DNA from: Antedon mediterranea
Taxonomy: Eukaryota; Animalia; Echinodermata
DNA length: 64,000 nt
NCBI RefSeq assembly: GCF_964355755.1
Contig: NC_092676.1
Coordinates: forward strand, 18,804,871-18,868,870
Reading direction: 5' to 3'
Part shown: in pieces, positions 12,831 to 26,634 of the stretch
How positions within the stretch are numbered: the stretch's first letter is position 1
Layout: each line of letters begins with the position of its first letter
Notes under the pieces: model-generated
The model's database searches: none
The model's input: the letters and a program-made list of their open reading frames with translations, nothing else
Told to the model about the DNA's origin: nothing
Program-made: the position numbers and the translations under genes

Positions 12831-15800
12831 CTACACCTTCGTGTCCTTAGTCTCCACTGAACGATAATCATCTGTTGTGGAATTTCCAGTACTAAAAAAA
12901 ATATAATTTATTAAAATTATCGTATTTTATTACAAATAAAACTGATATACAACAACATTTATTCAATATTCAATATTTTACAAAGTTTATGGGTTAAGAT
13001 ACACAGAAGCCAAAGTGGCTTGTCTTTGTAGTCCTAAGCATAAACATAAAACATATTATACGGACGCATTACATTAACAAAAAATGACATTTTGAGACAG
13101 AAAAAGAAAAAAAAAAACACAAACACAATAAAGTGATAAAAAAGGACTGCATGCATTTATGACGCATCATTCGCGGTAAACATATTCCTAATTCCGGTTC
13201 AAAACATTACCATTACCCTCTAACATATGAAAACGATAAACAATGTAACTTGTGACCGTATCTGAAAGGAATAGCTTGGTAACTTTGAGAAGACACTAAT
13301 ATAGGGAAATTAGCACCACCAACGGTTTGTTATGAATCTATACACAGTTGAATTTTAGACCACTATTAACCAGTTCAGTATATTATTTCCACGCAAAGCA
13401 GGACATCTGAGAAGAACAAGGCGACTAAACAATAACGTCATGTTAATGTATCTTGCGCATGCGTTTGAGTTTTGGCTTGGCAATTTTATCAACCTGGTCG
13501 TCGCCGGACAAAATTTCATCTACTCTAGGAGACGACCTTGGATTCTGAAAATCTCATCTAAAAACAGCGTATTTCAATCCCTTTTTTGGGTGTACGGTTG
13601 TCGAGAATTATTAAGCAATTATTGTGAACAAGGAGGACTTACTAATTCGGACAAATATCGCATATAGAAAGCTCCCAACTGCCTATTTCGCGCGTGGTAT
13701 GTGCGAATGCATAGTTCTACATTTTTAGGTACACTGATCCTATATTATAGAGGAAAAAAGTTAAATTCCCCTTTGATGATTGCTGCTGAAACAAGTAAAA
13801 TGTCTACCTACCACCACTGTTTACACGTCAGCTTGTATTCATCCGCCTCTTTTATATTGTCTGGTAGATTCTGGTTTTGTGTCTCTGGTAGAAGCAGTAT
13901 TAATATTCCTGCTAGCATAGATTGTGCACCAAAGAGAATGAGCGGCATCACAATGGACGTGTAATCTCCAATCAGGAGGATATACGGAGCAGATATTCCG
14001 CCAACTCTGGCGCAAATGGATGAAAATCCCAAACCAATATTCCTAAATAATATTGTAAAATACCCCATTCATATTTTATTTAATGGTAGAAATTAATAGT
14101 AGAAATAGTTTACTATAACTTCTTGGTAGTGTATATTTTTGGTGTTGGTGTGTTGGTCTTGTTATAACAACTTTATTATTTCTATCTGCTTGTTTCTAAT
14201 TAATTAGTAGGGCCATATGACAGAGTGCGCTATACAAAAATATTAGGCCTATGACTTTTACAAACCTGACTGTGGTTGGATACAGTTCGGCTGAGTATAA
14301 ATAAACAATTCCGTACGAAGCGGTGATACATAATTTGCCTATCATAGCAAATACCAAGACAGAGACTTTGTAATCTACATAAAATGAATAAAAATAAATA
14401 TTTATAAATTGATTTATGGATTATCATTTTTTTACACAGTCGCATAATGAATAATTATTACAAAGGCAAATCCAAAATTAAAATGTCATGAACTCAACTT
14501 GAAACAAACATGTGTATTATTAACATGACCTGTGTTTGCATTTGTTTCGTACGGGGTGATGCCACAGAGAAGTTTAGATTTGACGCATGTGAAATCGTAC
14601 CCCTTCGCCACATGCATGCTTACTTAATAAAATATAGGCCGAAAAGGTTTATTTTTACTAACCTTTAATTACAGTTGTCGAAAGTAAAACTACGCCACCT
14701 ATACTCATGAATATGCAAATTACTCTTTTTCTGCCCAGACGTTTTAAAAGAAGTTGTGACAAAATATACGCTGGTACCTCAACAGCTCCAGAGATGAAGA
14801 AAGCGAGATAAGGATTCGAACCCAAACTTTCTGTATGAAATGCAAGTCCATAATATACCATAGAAATTGAGAGCCTTTTAGGTAGTGGAATAAAAAGATT
14901 ATTAAGATATGTAATACCTATTTTAATATGAATTCTACGACCGCTGTTTTGTCATAACATACCAGTTAAAACCAATGAGAATTGTTTTCCATCTCATTGT
15001 TGGTGAGGTAAAGAATAATGCCTTAATGTTCTCAGTTTGGGCGCCATGTTCTTTCTGTAAACGGAAATAGTCATAACAAAATATTATAATAGTTGAAATA
15101 AACTTGAAGATAAGTAAACATTAATAATGATCTAAATGTATTGATATTGATATTGCAAAAAGTTATGCCATTGAATTCCCAAATACCCACTTTATCATCT
15201 CACTGGGTCTACCGAGAGTAGGGGAACTAAATTACAAAATTGAGATGGTAAACGCAGAAATCAAGCACGCAATGAGACTTGACAATATACACAACTTGTC
15301 ATTCTGTGACAACAGCAATTTTCTTAGAAATGGTAACATTATCTACCATTTATTGGCCCAAGACGGATATCACCTATCTCAAAATGGAACAAGTCTACTT
15401 GCTAGCAACATTCGATGCAAAGTCCAGTTAACCCTCAAGTTACAACGCCCGAGTACATCGTACAAGAGACAGAAGTTAAAACCGAAATAACCAAAGTAAC
15501 ATGGAAAAGTCTACTCAAGCAAACCCTGAAAGCGCAACAAGTATAAACAATGACAATCTATCAAATCAAACTGATATATTATTCAATCCTATTACTCTAT
15601 GTAACAACTTTGACGAACAGGATGAACTAACTGATCATAGTCTTAGCAATAAAATATGTACGATAGAGACATGCTCGTATATGAGCACAGACCAGTTAAA
15701 TGACTCGGTTAATAAAATAAATAATATATTATCAGCTACTCATTTTTACACTATAATATCAGAAGTATTAACAAACACTTAGATGAATTAATTACTTGTT

Positions 15801-18800
15801 TAAACGGCATTAAACACCCATTCACTGTAATTGGCATATCAGAAACATGGCTTAAAGAAACATCACCTAGACCATACTTACCAAACTACGATTTCCATGC
15901 TCTAGACAGGGAAAATCGAAAAGGAGGTGGTGTTGGCTTGTTTATTTCAAATACTATAGAGGTCAAAACAAGAACCGATTTGAAAATTAATTTCTGTGAA
16001 TGTCTGTTTATTGAGATAATTGAAAAAAAGTGTAAAAATGCAATTGTTGGTACTGTCTACAGACCACCAGACATGAAAATAGATGTTTTTAATGATTCAC
16101 TTGAAGATGTCCTCACTGCTATAGACAAAGAAGGTAAACCATGTTTTATCATGGGAGATTTTAATATCAATCTGCTTAAACATGTAACATGCAGTGATGT
16201 AAATGATTTTATTGAAATAATGATGTCTCACTCGTTTTATCCATCTATATCTAGACCAACTAGAATACAAGATCAGTCAGTAACACTAATTGACAACATA
16301 TTTTCAAATACAATTTCCGAAAAAGTTCTATCTGGTATACAAATCTCGGACATTTCCGACCATTTACCAGTATATCAAATAACTCACTCTGCTTCGTCTT
16401 CCCACGTAAACACGCACATGAATAAAGGCACCTCAGTCTCATGTGACACGTATATAGTTAACAATAGAAATATTATGAAACTAAATAGTGATTTATTAAG
16501 TGCAGAGTGGCTTGGAGTATATGAAGCGACTGATCCAGAAATCGCTTATAATGATTTTCTGGATAATTTTAAGTTTCTATATAACAAACACCTTAAAAAA
16601 ACTGTAAAGTCATCAAAACAGTATGACAAATTCAAGCAGCCCTGGATGAGTTTTGGGTTACTAAGGTCTAGTAAAAGAAAGCATGTACTGCATAAAAGGT
16701 TCATAAAATACCCTACTGTAAAAAACAAAAATGTGTATAAAGAATTTAAAAAAGCTTTTGCACGCACGTGCAAAATCGCCAAAAAGATGTATTATGAAAA
16801 TCTTTTCAATCGAACAAATGGTAATATTAAAAAAACATGGAATGTTATAAATGATGTAATTGATCCGAATAAAGGAAAAACTAAAGTTCCATCTTCTTTT
16901 ACACATAGCAATGAAACTATACATGGTTGCGAAAATGTTGTAAATCATATTAATGATTATTTTATTAATGTAGGTTGTAAGGTTCGAGACAATATTGAGT
17001 CTACTACGACAAAATATTCTGAATACCTCACAAACAAACAACGCAACTCAATGTTTTTTTGCTATGTTGATGAGGAGGAGGTACTAAAAGTTATTGAATC
17101 TCTCGATTCAAACAAAGCCCCCGGATTTGATGACATTTCAGCAAAAGTTGTAAAGGAAGTAAAATACAATATTTTAAAGCCGCTGACATATATTTTTAAT
17201 TTATCACTTCAAACTGGACTAATACCAGGGAAGTTGAAAATTTCCAAAGTAGTTCCTATACATAAAAAAGGGGACCGCCATTTGGCCTCAAACTATCGTC
17301 CCATATCGCTGTTGCCCATTTTTTCGAAAGTTTTGAAAAGATTATCCATAATCAATTATACAATTATCTTACAAAATGTAAAGTGTTAAAGCAACAATCA
17401 ATATGGATTTAGAAACAAACACTCAACTTCTCATGCTATGATCGACTTGGTCCATAAAATATTAAATGCATTTGAAAAAAAGGAATATGCACTTACTACC
17501 TTTATGGATTTGTCAAAAGCGTTTGACATTATCGATCACAGTATTCTGTTGAGCAAATTGGCGCATTATGGTATAAGAGGCATCGTTTTAATGTGGTTTA
17601 GAAACTATTTAAGTGGCCGCAAACAATATGTTTATGCCAACGGTAGATCATCATGTTTAAAAAGACACCAATATAGGGGTGCCACAGGGTTCTGTTTTAG
17701 GACAACTTTTGTTTTTAATTTACATCAATGATATAAGTCGAGCAAGTAGTAAAATAGATATAATTAGTTTTGCTGACGACACAACTTGTATAACAAGAGG
17801 AGATGACCCTACAATGTTAAACCATACTATGAATATTGAACTAGAAAAAATAAACGTATGGCTTAAAGCAAATAAGCTGTTACTGAATGTCAGCAAAACT
17901 AATTACGTTGTTTTTAGAACTAACCAAAAGAACTTTGACAAAAACCAGTTTAAAATAAAAATGAATAATGTGTTATTACATAGAAAAGAAAATGTGACAT
18001 TTCTAGGTGTAATTTTCAACGAAAATCTTAACTGGAAACATCACATACAGCTTATTAGGAAAAAAATGTCTAGGGCAATTGGTATACTTTTAAAAGTAAG
18101 AGAATTCTTTCCTCATAAAGTCCGTATTAGTCTTTATAACACCTTAGTATTACCTCACCTTCAGTATGGTAACTTAATATGGGGAAATACATACAAGAGC
18201 ACGTTAGAAGTAATACTAAAACTCCAAAAGAGAGCTGTAAAATGCATTACCTTCTTTAATCCAGACAAGCCTCAGAGCCACTGTTTAAGAAACTAAAAAT
18301 ACTAAACGTTTATGATATTTACAAAGTAAACGTCATAGGATTTATGGCAAACGTAAAATTCAATGAATTACCACATCACATTTTAAATATTTCTAATTAC
18401 TGTGACAGTATTAGGCCTACTCATAACCTCAAAACAAAAACTGAATTCGAAATTCCCTTCACAAGACTAACTTGCAGTCAACAGTTTATACACATATATG
18501 GACCAAAATTGTGGAAAGAATTCACTTGTAATGGTGGTAATAAACCGGTTATCTTAAAGAAACAAAATAAATGTATAAAAAAACAGGTCAAAAAATACTT
18601 TTTATCACTATATGCTGATTAACAACACCTTTGTTTATTTAAGTTCTATATACTTGTTCTTATGTAAAAGGGTCCTACAAAAAAACGAAGCTACAGCTTT
18701 TTTATGCAGGATCCCTGTTCTCAGTTGTACTGTAATTATGATGTACTGTAATTGATGACTAAATAAATGTGGAATAAATGAAATAAATGAAAATTAATTT

Positions 18801-21242
18801 AGACCCTATCGCCTGTGTGCATTAATTAATTTACACTAACCGTTTTAACCGCTTTCAGAGTTTCAAGACAGTCTTCTGGTAATGATGTCTTGTTTGTTTT
18901 TGCAAATTCTCTCAATATTTTAACACTTTCTTCGTATCTTCCTTTTGTCATAAGCCATCGGGGAGATTCTGGTAATATCCTACAGTATATTTATATCATA
19001 CTTTTAGTTAAATAGTACTTAAAGCCCCATTTATACTAGAATGATAACGATTGATGATAAATAGATAAATATGTGTTTTTCCTACATGGAATAAGAGAAA
19101 TCTATACAGTTTTTAACTCTAGCATAACCATATATGCTGCTTTTGAAAAAAAATAATATTTTCACACGTTCAATTAATTGACGTCATGATTAGTAAGAAC
19201 AATAATTATATTGTGACGATCCAACGATTGTATTGTTCGTATTGATCATGACGTCATATGATTGGAATAAAACAAAATTTTAATGGAATGATCATAATAA
19301 AATTTACACGACATTTTTGGTATATAATAGACAGAAGAAGCTTGGTTGATTTTGGTGTGCCACTCTCTTTCTTCCCAGTGGGAACTTTGCTCTAATCACT
19401 TTAATTATCTAGAAGATATTTAAGAAAAGAGAGAATCTTACCAAAAGTAGCTCAAGAATAAGACACCGGGCAAAGAAAGCGCCAACTCAATATTCTGCCA
19501 ATCTCTAAGAGCATAAGCTACACCAGTTAATGTGATGTAACCAAGAGTAAAAAAGTATTCTATCGTAATCCCGATAAATGTCCTCCATGATGGCCCTACT
19601 ATTTCGGTTACTAAAACAAAAATAAAATTATTAGGAAGGAAGAAATGAATGATTATGATTGCTACATTTCATACATTTATTTGCAATTACGTTTTTTAGT
19701 CGCGTGCAACGCAACTCTACAGCTCACTATGTCGGTCGGTCGGTCTTGAGAACGCGTCTGCAGCCATGTATATGGCCTTGTTAATCTATACTTTTTCTTT
19801 TGTTCATAATATATTATACAAGGTTCTGTAAATATAATATTTACCAATGACGAAAGCTGTCAGAAAGACACCCGAGGAAGCGCACCCAAGCAAGAATTGA
19901 AAGGTAATAAATACTGGAAAAGAACCAGAAAAACTTGAAAAAACACCACATGTAATCTGAAACAAAACACAGTACAATAAATTACCGTAGATGGTGTTTT
20001 TGATATTTTGTATATTGCTGTGTTTTATGCATGTATTAATGTTTTGTGTGCGTTGTACTGTACTCTCCGCGAGAGTAGTCTTACATATTATTATAAAGAA
20101 GTAGTAAATACACATTTCAGTACATTCAAGAGAAAAAAAAATAAACTTCAAGAAAAACCAACCTGTAACAGCAATGAAATCAGTAGTATTTTCTTTCGAC
20201 CAAACAAGTCCGATAGTTGTCCGAAGACTAATGAACCGATAAGTTTTCCGAGAAGTACGATTGACTTTCCCAGTTGACGCATCCAGTTTTGATCACAAAC
20301 CAAGTCCCACTGAATAAGAAAACGTTAATACTTTTTTAACTATGTGACGTTAAGTAGACCATCTTAAGATAGGAGGAGGAAGAGAATGAGTATGAGGATG
20401 AGGAAGAGGATGAGGAAGAGGAGGAACAGAAGTAAAATGAACAAAAAGAGAAAGTGGAAAAGAAGTAGTAGGAGTAAGAGGAACAGAAGGAGGAAGAGGA
20501 GGATGAAAAATAGATGCATTACCCTATATTCCCCTCCCTAAATTCGCGCGCCACTTGGTATTTATTCCATTTAAATCTACGCCATCGTTTTAAGCTCTTT
20601 CAACTTTATCAAACTTTATGTGACAAAAAAATGTGATGTGTGCCCATATATGGACATGATGATGTCATATCACTACTATATTTGGGCACATCACACATTT
20701 TTATCAAACAAACTTGAGAGTGTAGACAGAGTTTCAAGAATCAAATTTAATCAATTAATTTAAAGTGTGTAGTTGAAGAAGGGAGGAAGTATATTTGAAT
20801 GCTTTCTCATTGTTACACTTTTTAGGCCTACGATCAACCCTTAAAATTGTAAAATACTTACTTCTGTGACGACTGTCTCTCCGTAAACATTACGGTCGTA
20901 GAGCCATCCTGAACGACACTCGGTCTCTTCATCTAATTCAGACGTGCAGTTAAAATCACTATTACTGTTTAACCCAGTGATGTTGTATTGTTTATATTCC
21001 TCACATTTAGACCATTCATCCTGGTCGCTGTCCCATGGGATTGCACATTCAATGGCGTCGTCTTTGTACTTCAGTGCCCCTTCAAATCGGCAGTGATGTT
21101 TGGGCGAACCACTTATAAACGTGTTGGCGAAGCTATGAAAAGCGCAGGGAATGGTTGTAAGGCACACCAAGAAAAAATAAAACTTCTGAGCTCTTCCAAA
21201 TTCACCTACGTGGTTTACAAGAATATCGTCGAATTTTTCCAT
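12831..21242 (-). CDS. SLC22 family transporter (Orct/OCTN/OAT-like), copy 1, 550 aa; exons 21242-20862, 20309-20163, 19956-19845, 19610-19442, 18979-18841, 15054-14963, 14874-14663, 14374-14266, 14042-13812, 12891-12831
   Basis: Ten GT-AG exons total 1653 nt with consistent phases. Motifs GEFG, Cys-rich loop, [34 protein letters not shown]. Confidence 0.92.
15145..18792 (+). mobile_element. Near full-length CR1-type LINE (ORF1 3' part, APE endonuclease, RT; frameshifted) in intron 5 of SLC22 copy 1, antisense to the host
   Basis: ORF1 esterase-like DGYHLS; APE motifs [23 protein letters not shown]; RT motifs DLSKAFD, PQGSVLG, FADD; (TGAAATAAA)-type tail. The empty site is visible in copy 3 at ~49163. 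Confidence 0.95.
19692..19782 (+). mobile_element. Short Helentron-associated (HINE/DINE-like) element with (GGTC)n
   Basis: TTTTTTAGTCGCGTGCAACGC(G/A)ACT hairpin, (GTCG)n microsatellite and a 3' GCCATGTATATGGCCTTGTT hairpin. Paralog at 50059-50186; inverted fragments at ~27177 and ~46007. Confidence 0.55.
20590..20737. mobile_element. Palindromic TTAA MITE (same family as 5786)
   Basis: Same arms and core as 5786-5951; shared with SLC22 copy 3 intron 1 (51586-51730). Confidence 0.7.
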
Positions 21243-21261
21243 GATCTAAAAAATAATTTAC

Positions 21262-22000
21262 AAATATCAATAACAATTAGTGAAAATAACCTTATATGGT
21301 TTGGTTAGGTTTATGGCCTATGGTCTACAGTATGTTTCACATATATTTCAGAAACAATTACACAATCTAGCAAACAATATAAATGATGATATCTGCTTGG
21401 ATTATCGGTATATTAATAAATCCACAGATTTTAGTTGTTAAATTAATATATCATAACACGACTTATGTACACTGTGGGATAGAAAAAGAGTCATGGCTTG
21501 TGTATTCAATTTTGGCATCATTATTTATACCATATTTTGTGTTTGCGTTGTCAACTATGATAATTGTATATAGCAGAATAATTCACGAATTTGGTAAAAT
21601 GTTAATCATTGACAGTGCATTCAGTAGCTCTGAATTTCAAATCAATAACAATTAGTGAAAATAACCTTATATGGTTTGGTTAGGTTTATGGCCTATGGTC
21701 TACAGTATGTTTCACATATATTTCAGAAACAATTACATTAAATGATGATATCTGCTTGGATTATCGGTATATTAATAAATCCACAGATTTTAGTTGTTAA
21801 ATTAATATATCATAACACGACTTATGTACACTGTGGGATAGAAAAAGAGTAATGGTTTGTGTATTATTTGTAACATTATTTTTACTATCATTTCTGTTTG
21901 CGTTGTCAACTATGATAATTGTAGGCCTATATAGCAGAATAATTCACGAATTTGGTAAAATGTTAATCATAGCCAGTGCATTCAGTAGCTCTTAATTTCA
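21262..22000 (+). repeat. Local tandem duplication of ~370 bp
   Basis: ATCAATAACAATTAGTGAAAATAACC...TTCAGTAGCTCT occurs twice here but once in the paralog at 34770-35145. Confidence 0.9.
21320..21610 (+). pseudogene. Degraded class A GPCR fragment (ICL2-TM4-ECL2-TM5); further copies at ~21690-21965 and ~34835-35115
   Basis: MISAWIIGILINPQ (TM4 W...P), an ECL2 Cys (VHCG), then ALSTMIIVYSRI (TM5 Y-x-R-I); flanked by stops and frameshifts. Confidence 0.55.
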
Positions 22001-22230
22001 AAATCACATTTGGTTTATTGGACTAGATTTGGTATTTGTAAATTTCATTGCAAACCCTTGCATTTACAAATTTACAAAATTTCCATGGCACAGTTCCGAG
22101 CCGAGTTTCTCCAATTTTTCCGGATCAGGACATGTTTGCAGAGAACACACATAATATGTGATTTGCGTATGATACATGAGTACACAGTATATACAGTACC
22201 GAGAATCGGCTAGTATCTCCCGATTCTGCA

Positions 22231-22452
22231 GCTGTCTCTAGGTATATCGTAACTGACTATTGACAGTAAAGAATTACATAGTAGACTATAATTCCGCTCT
22301 CGATTCTCGGTGCATTGGGTATCGCTATTTACTGTTTATACATGGTCTCTACATACCAAACTAAAGACAGGGATACATTATTAAAAAGTAAAACACCTAG
22401 ACTCGTATCTCGGTGACTGTCAATAGTCAGTTAAGATATACCTAGAGACAGC
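22231..22452. mobile_element. MITE-like element with ~37-bp terminal inverted repeats; paralog at 35372-35592
   Basis: GCTGTCTCTAGGTATATCGTAACTGACTATTGACAGT ... ACTGTCAATAGTCAGTTAAGATATACCTAGAGACAGC. Confidence 0.65.
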
Positions 22453-25400
22453 AATACAATTGTGTACTAGTATACATCAATAAATTTAATTCTTACACTC
22501 TTTTATAGCATTTTCATTACATTTTATTTACTGTAATGTACTTTAAGGTTACAGTAATGTACTTAATACAACACAACATGTTGTTTATCACATTTGTGGA
22601 CTATTTGGAACTGTTGAGCTGGGGTAGAGGATATGATGCAGTTCCGAGGATGTAGTGTCATAAACGCTTGACTGCAAATTGTTCTAACTATAACTAAACT
22701 AACTAACCATTTTACAGGGTTATCTTTTTTGAGCTGATCTACCATGCATTCTGCTTTTGGGTGGCAATGGGGACAGGAGGGGTGGTGCTAGGGTTCTTTA
22801 TAGGGAGTCTGATGGGCACAACGAACCTAACACTGAAAATATCTAGAAATTGTCATTGATGGTGTTTGAGATTATGCTTTTAACTTACATTAATTATTTT
22901 ACAGCCTTAGCTTTTGAGCTGATCGCCGCTGGGCAGGGGATGGGGAATACGTTGGTAAAACACCGGACATAACTCATCACCCTAAAATGCCTATAGCAAA
23001 TGTATTATTTTATTTCTCTTTTACAAGATGGTGGTGGGGGGGGGGGGGGGAATAGGGTTCGGTTACCCACCACTTAAAATGTGCCATGGCCATTCATGAC
23101 AGTTTTCCCACCAGTTTTAAAGGGTTGACTTTCGGCTGATCTAGTGTTTTTTAAATGGGTGTCTGACAGGCAACACCTCCACCACTAAATTTGTATGGCA
23201 ATGGTCAATCATTTTTACCTACTCCAAACAATTGCAACACATATTTCGTGGAAACTTTAAGGCTTATAGATTTTTCGACCCGTTACAATGTTCCTAATAT
23301 TAGCCACACCCATCCGAATAAACTCGTCAGACGGTCATTTATATACATTAATATGTACACACATAATTGCCATATGCATAGAAATTTAACTTTTTAGTTA
23401 GGTTAACCCTTCTCGTCTTCATCTTAAACAACTAGCAAGCAAGCAATTATACATGATGCCGTATTGGTCTGTCACAGTATGGCTAAATCCTCCCAGGCCA
23501 GCTAAGCTTCAACCACTATTCATGATTAGGTACGGTAGCAAAACCGATTTACAGAAACATCTATTGATCTCGAAGACAATACTATTTATTTTGTTACATC
23601 TGCAATTGCTAATTGTTAATGTAATAAAAAGTTAATTCTTACCTCTGCTGTTAAAGTTAATTAAAATTACTACCAGTTAAGTAAAATACTTGTCGGACGG
23701 GTGTGTATCCGACAAACCATTATAGCTCATGGCATATGTATTATTTTCACTTTATAAAAGTAGTTCTACTCGCTTTGTAATTAGTTACAGGAAAGTATTG
23801 TACGGGCAATTAGACAACGTATTCTGATATTTATCATTGTTTTTATTTGGGTTATTGTTAAAAACAATTATTTTAGTTCCAATGTTGAATAGTCAATGAT
23901 TTACCAGATAGTTTAGTCAGGTACATTTTAAACAAACATTTATGTTTCCTGTTTAGGCTGTTTTAACTGTGCTGGTATTAATATTTATTAATATAAATAT
24001 GTAGGCTATAGGTTTATAGTATAAACATCAGTGAAGCCTATTGTAGTATCACTTGATCAAGTAGGCCTACATACAATCATGAACAGGTGTCTCGGAATCA
24101 AGACACCATTACATCAATGCTAGAAAGCACAACACCAGACATCAACGATTAATTGATTATTCATTGTAATAATGTGTGATAATTCAAAACACCTCACCAC
24201 CATGCTCTGATGACCCTTGCAACTCGTTGCCAAATATCATAATGTGAAAATTTGTCATTTTAGTGTCAGTATTTGTTTATCGATTTTTAGTCTTTCTTTT
24301 TTTGCTATGTGCCAAATTCTATGGTAATTTAATTATGTTATTTGTCATTACTTTATTTTTATATAATTTAAAAAAGTGGGTTATTCTGTAATCATGTTAC
24401 AATTGTTGTCATTTTTCTTAGTTGATGTACGTAACAATTTAAATCGAAATTGCAGTAGGCCTACATAGGCCTAAGACAATAATTTTTAGTCGAATAAAGA
24501 TCGCGAATGCTAAACTTTGTTCTGTAGGCTCGCTTCTATTGGCTGCAATTTATGGGAAACTCGCGGACCACAAATTATTTTCAAAATTCTCAGACATAGG
24601 CCTTCGTCCAACAACGGTGGGATATCAGCTGAGGTGTATCTTGTACACCTTTCTTTAATCAGCATAAACTAAAATACTACAAAAGATTACAGACAGATTA
24701 ATTTCAAAGACATTATTACTTTGGTCATGGATTAAAGAATAGACTTAATCCATGGTACAACATATGCTAAAAGATAAATAATACAAAGTTCTTACCTATG
24801 ATGCGACTGTAGTGAATACGTACCGTACAACGTTTAACTTTGAATGTTACGTGTACAGATAAATCTATTTTTCCTTTAACTTAAAGGTCTTTTATCTGAT
24901 TTGGAATGTAAAACCACCGAATTCATCTTATCAAGGATAATCTTTCTGAGACAGGCATGCCTCTAAGTCTGATCCTAATTAATGAAATCTTTATTTGTTT
25001 ATATTGTTGTTGTCCTAGACCCACGCTTGGGATACGTGGGGATATTATACATGTATTGTAACTTGATCCAATATCTATAAATGAAAATAAAGGAAGATTG
25101 TTCTACATACCACAGTTGTTTAGGCCTACATAGGGTCAACGTATTCACCAGCCTCTTAAAATGCCAACAATAAAAGTAATAACAGGTATTACCTTTTCCA
25201 TTTAAAAACTACATATTATTTTATTACTATAGCATGCATGGCAATTTGTACTCAAGTTTAACAACTACCCAGTGAGTTCCCATTTATAATATTTGTTAGA
25301 TATAACCCTGCTATAATAATGACTTATGGTAAATACCAGAGAATACTCTTCCTTGGTAAATAAATTCTACGACCATTACGATACAATAGTATTTATTGTC

Positions 25401-26162
25401 ATTTTATTTATTGTCATTTATTTATGTCATTTTATTTATTTCATTTATTGTCATTTTTACAAGAAGGTACAAATGAAAGTTGGTTGGTTGATTTACATTG
25501 ATATATATATATACAAATATATCAAGAAAAAAGAAGAAAATTCAGTGATCTAACAAAGTTGCTATTAAATAAATGAATAGAATAACAAACTAAAGATTGT
25601 GGGCAACGTTTGGTGTTTTGATTCAGAGTGATCAGTCTATCATGGCTATTAAGCTTAAAGAATTTATTTCGAGAGTGATCGGTTTTGTTTTCGATTGTTC
25701 TTCCTATCTAATTAGTACATTTGGTACCTCCCGTAAGCTGCCACCTTCCGTGGAAATGAATTGATAAAGTAGTACTAATGTCATCTTGGCTAAAACTTGT
25801 AACAAAAACTGTTATAAGCATTTTTAAATTCAAATGCCCACTCTCCACGTACTCTACAAAACTTACTATCATCCATTTTATCAGGCTCTTTACTCCATTG
25901 AATATTATAGGTAGACCTATTATAGGATTTAAAGTACTGTACTGTACTTTATAAGGAAAAGGTATACTATTTGTCGGTGTGTATCCAACCAGTAAAAGTA
26001 GTTGAAAGAAAGATAAAACCAGCAGCTTTTAATTATTGTTTGAAGGGTTATGCATGGATAGATAGATAGATATATAGGTATAACTTTTATTGCCCTTCTT
26101 GTAAAATGTAACAAAAGGAAATCAAACGAACGAACTACGTATAAAATACAGAACATAATCAT

Positions 26163-26199
<37 letters not shown>

Positions 26200-26213
26200 A
26201 TTTGAAACGTCTC

Positions 26214-26276
26214 GCCCCAACCGAGACTTGTACCCGGAACCTTCTGCTCGATATGCAGATGTCCTAACCATTAACC
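26214..26276 (-). ncRNA. tRNA-derived (SINE-head-like) fragment adjoining a (CA)n(TA)n microsatellite
   Basis: Minus strand shows an A-box-like GGTTAATGGTTAGG, an anticodon stem TCTGC/GCAGA with a 7-nt loop, and a T-arm CCGGG-TACAAGT-CTCGG; the 5' acceptor strand is missing. Confidence 0.6.
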
Positions 26277-26634
26277 TTCTTTACTTTTGTTATCAATCTA
26301 TTTACGTTTGTTGTCATTTTTTTTTGTCTTGATATCAGTTTCATCTACCTAAGTCAATTTTTCAGAGTATATTCCTTATTGCCAGGGGTTTACGATTGCC
26401 AGGACATGAATCACCATTTAATAAAATTTGGTACTCATAAATTACGTGCGTAGCGCATATAATGCAATTTTCAAAATTGTCAAATTTATTTTCGATGAAA
26501 TTAGAGTACGTTTCAGGCAATTTTAAGCGTTTAAAAAATTGCAATGAGTGCGCAGATTTTTGCACGCGCACTGCACGTTAAACGTTAATACGCACTCTTT
26601 GAACCTTTCTTTAATAATGTCTTCATATGATACT

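Noticed and set aside
16260-17041. Minus-strand ORFs within the CR1 element (similarly 43917-44165 and 58331-59050)
   Set aside because: Antisense shadows of LINE ORF2
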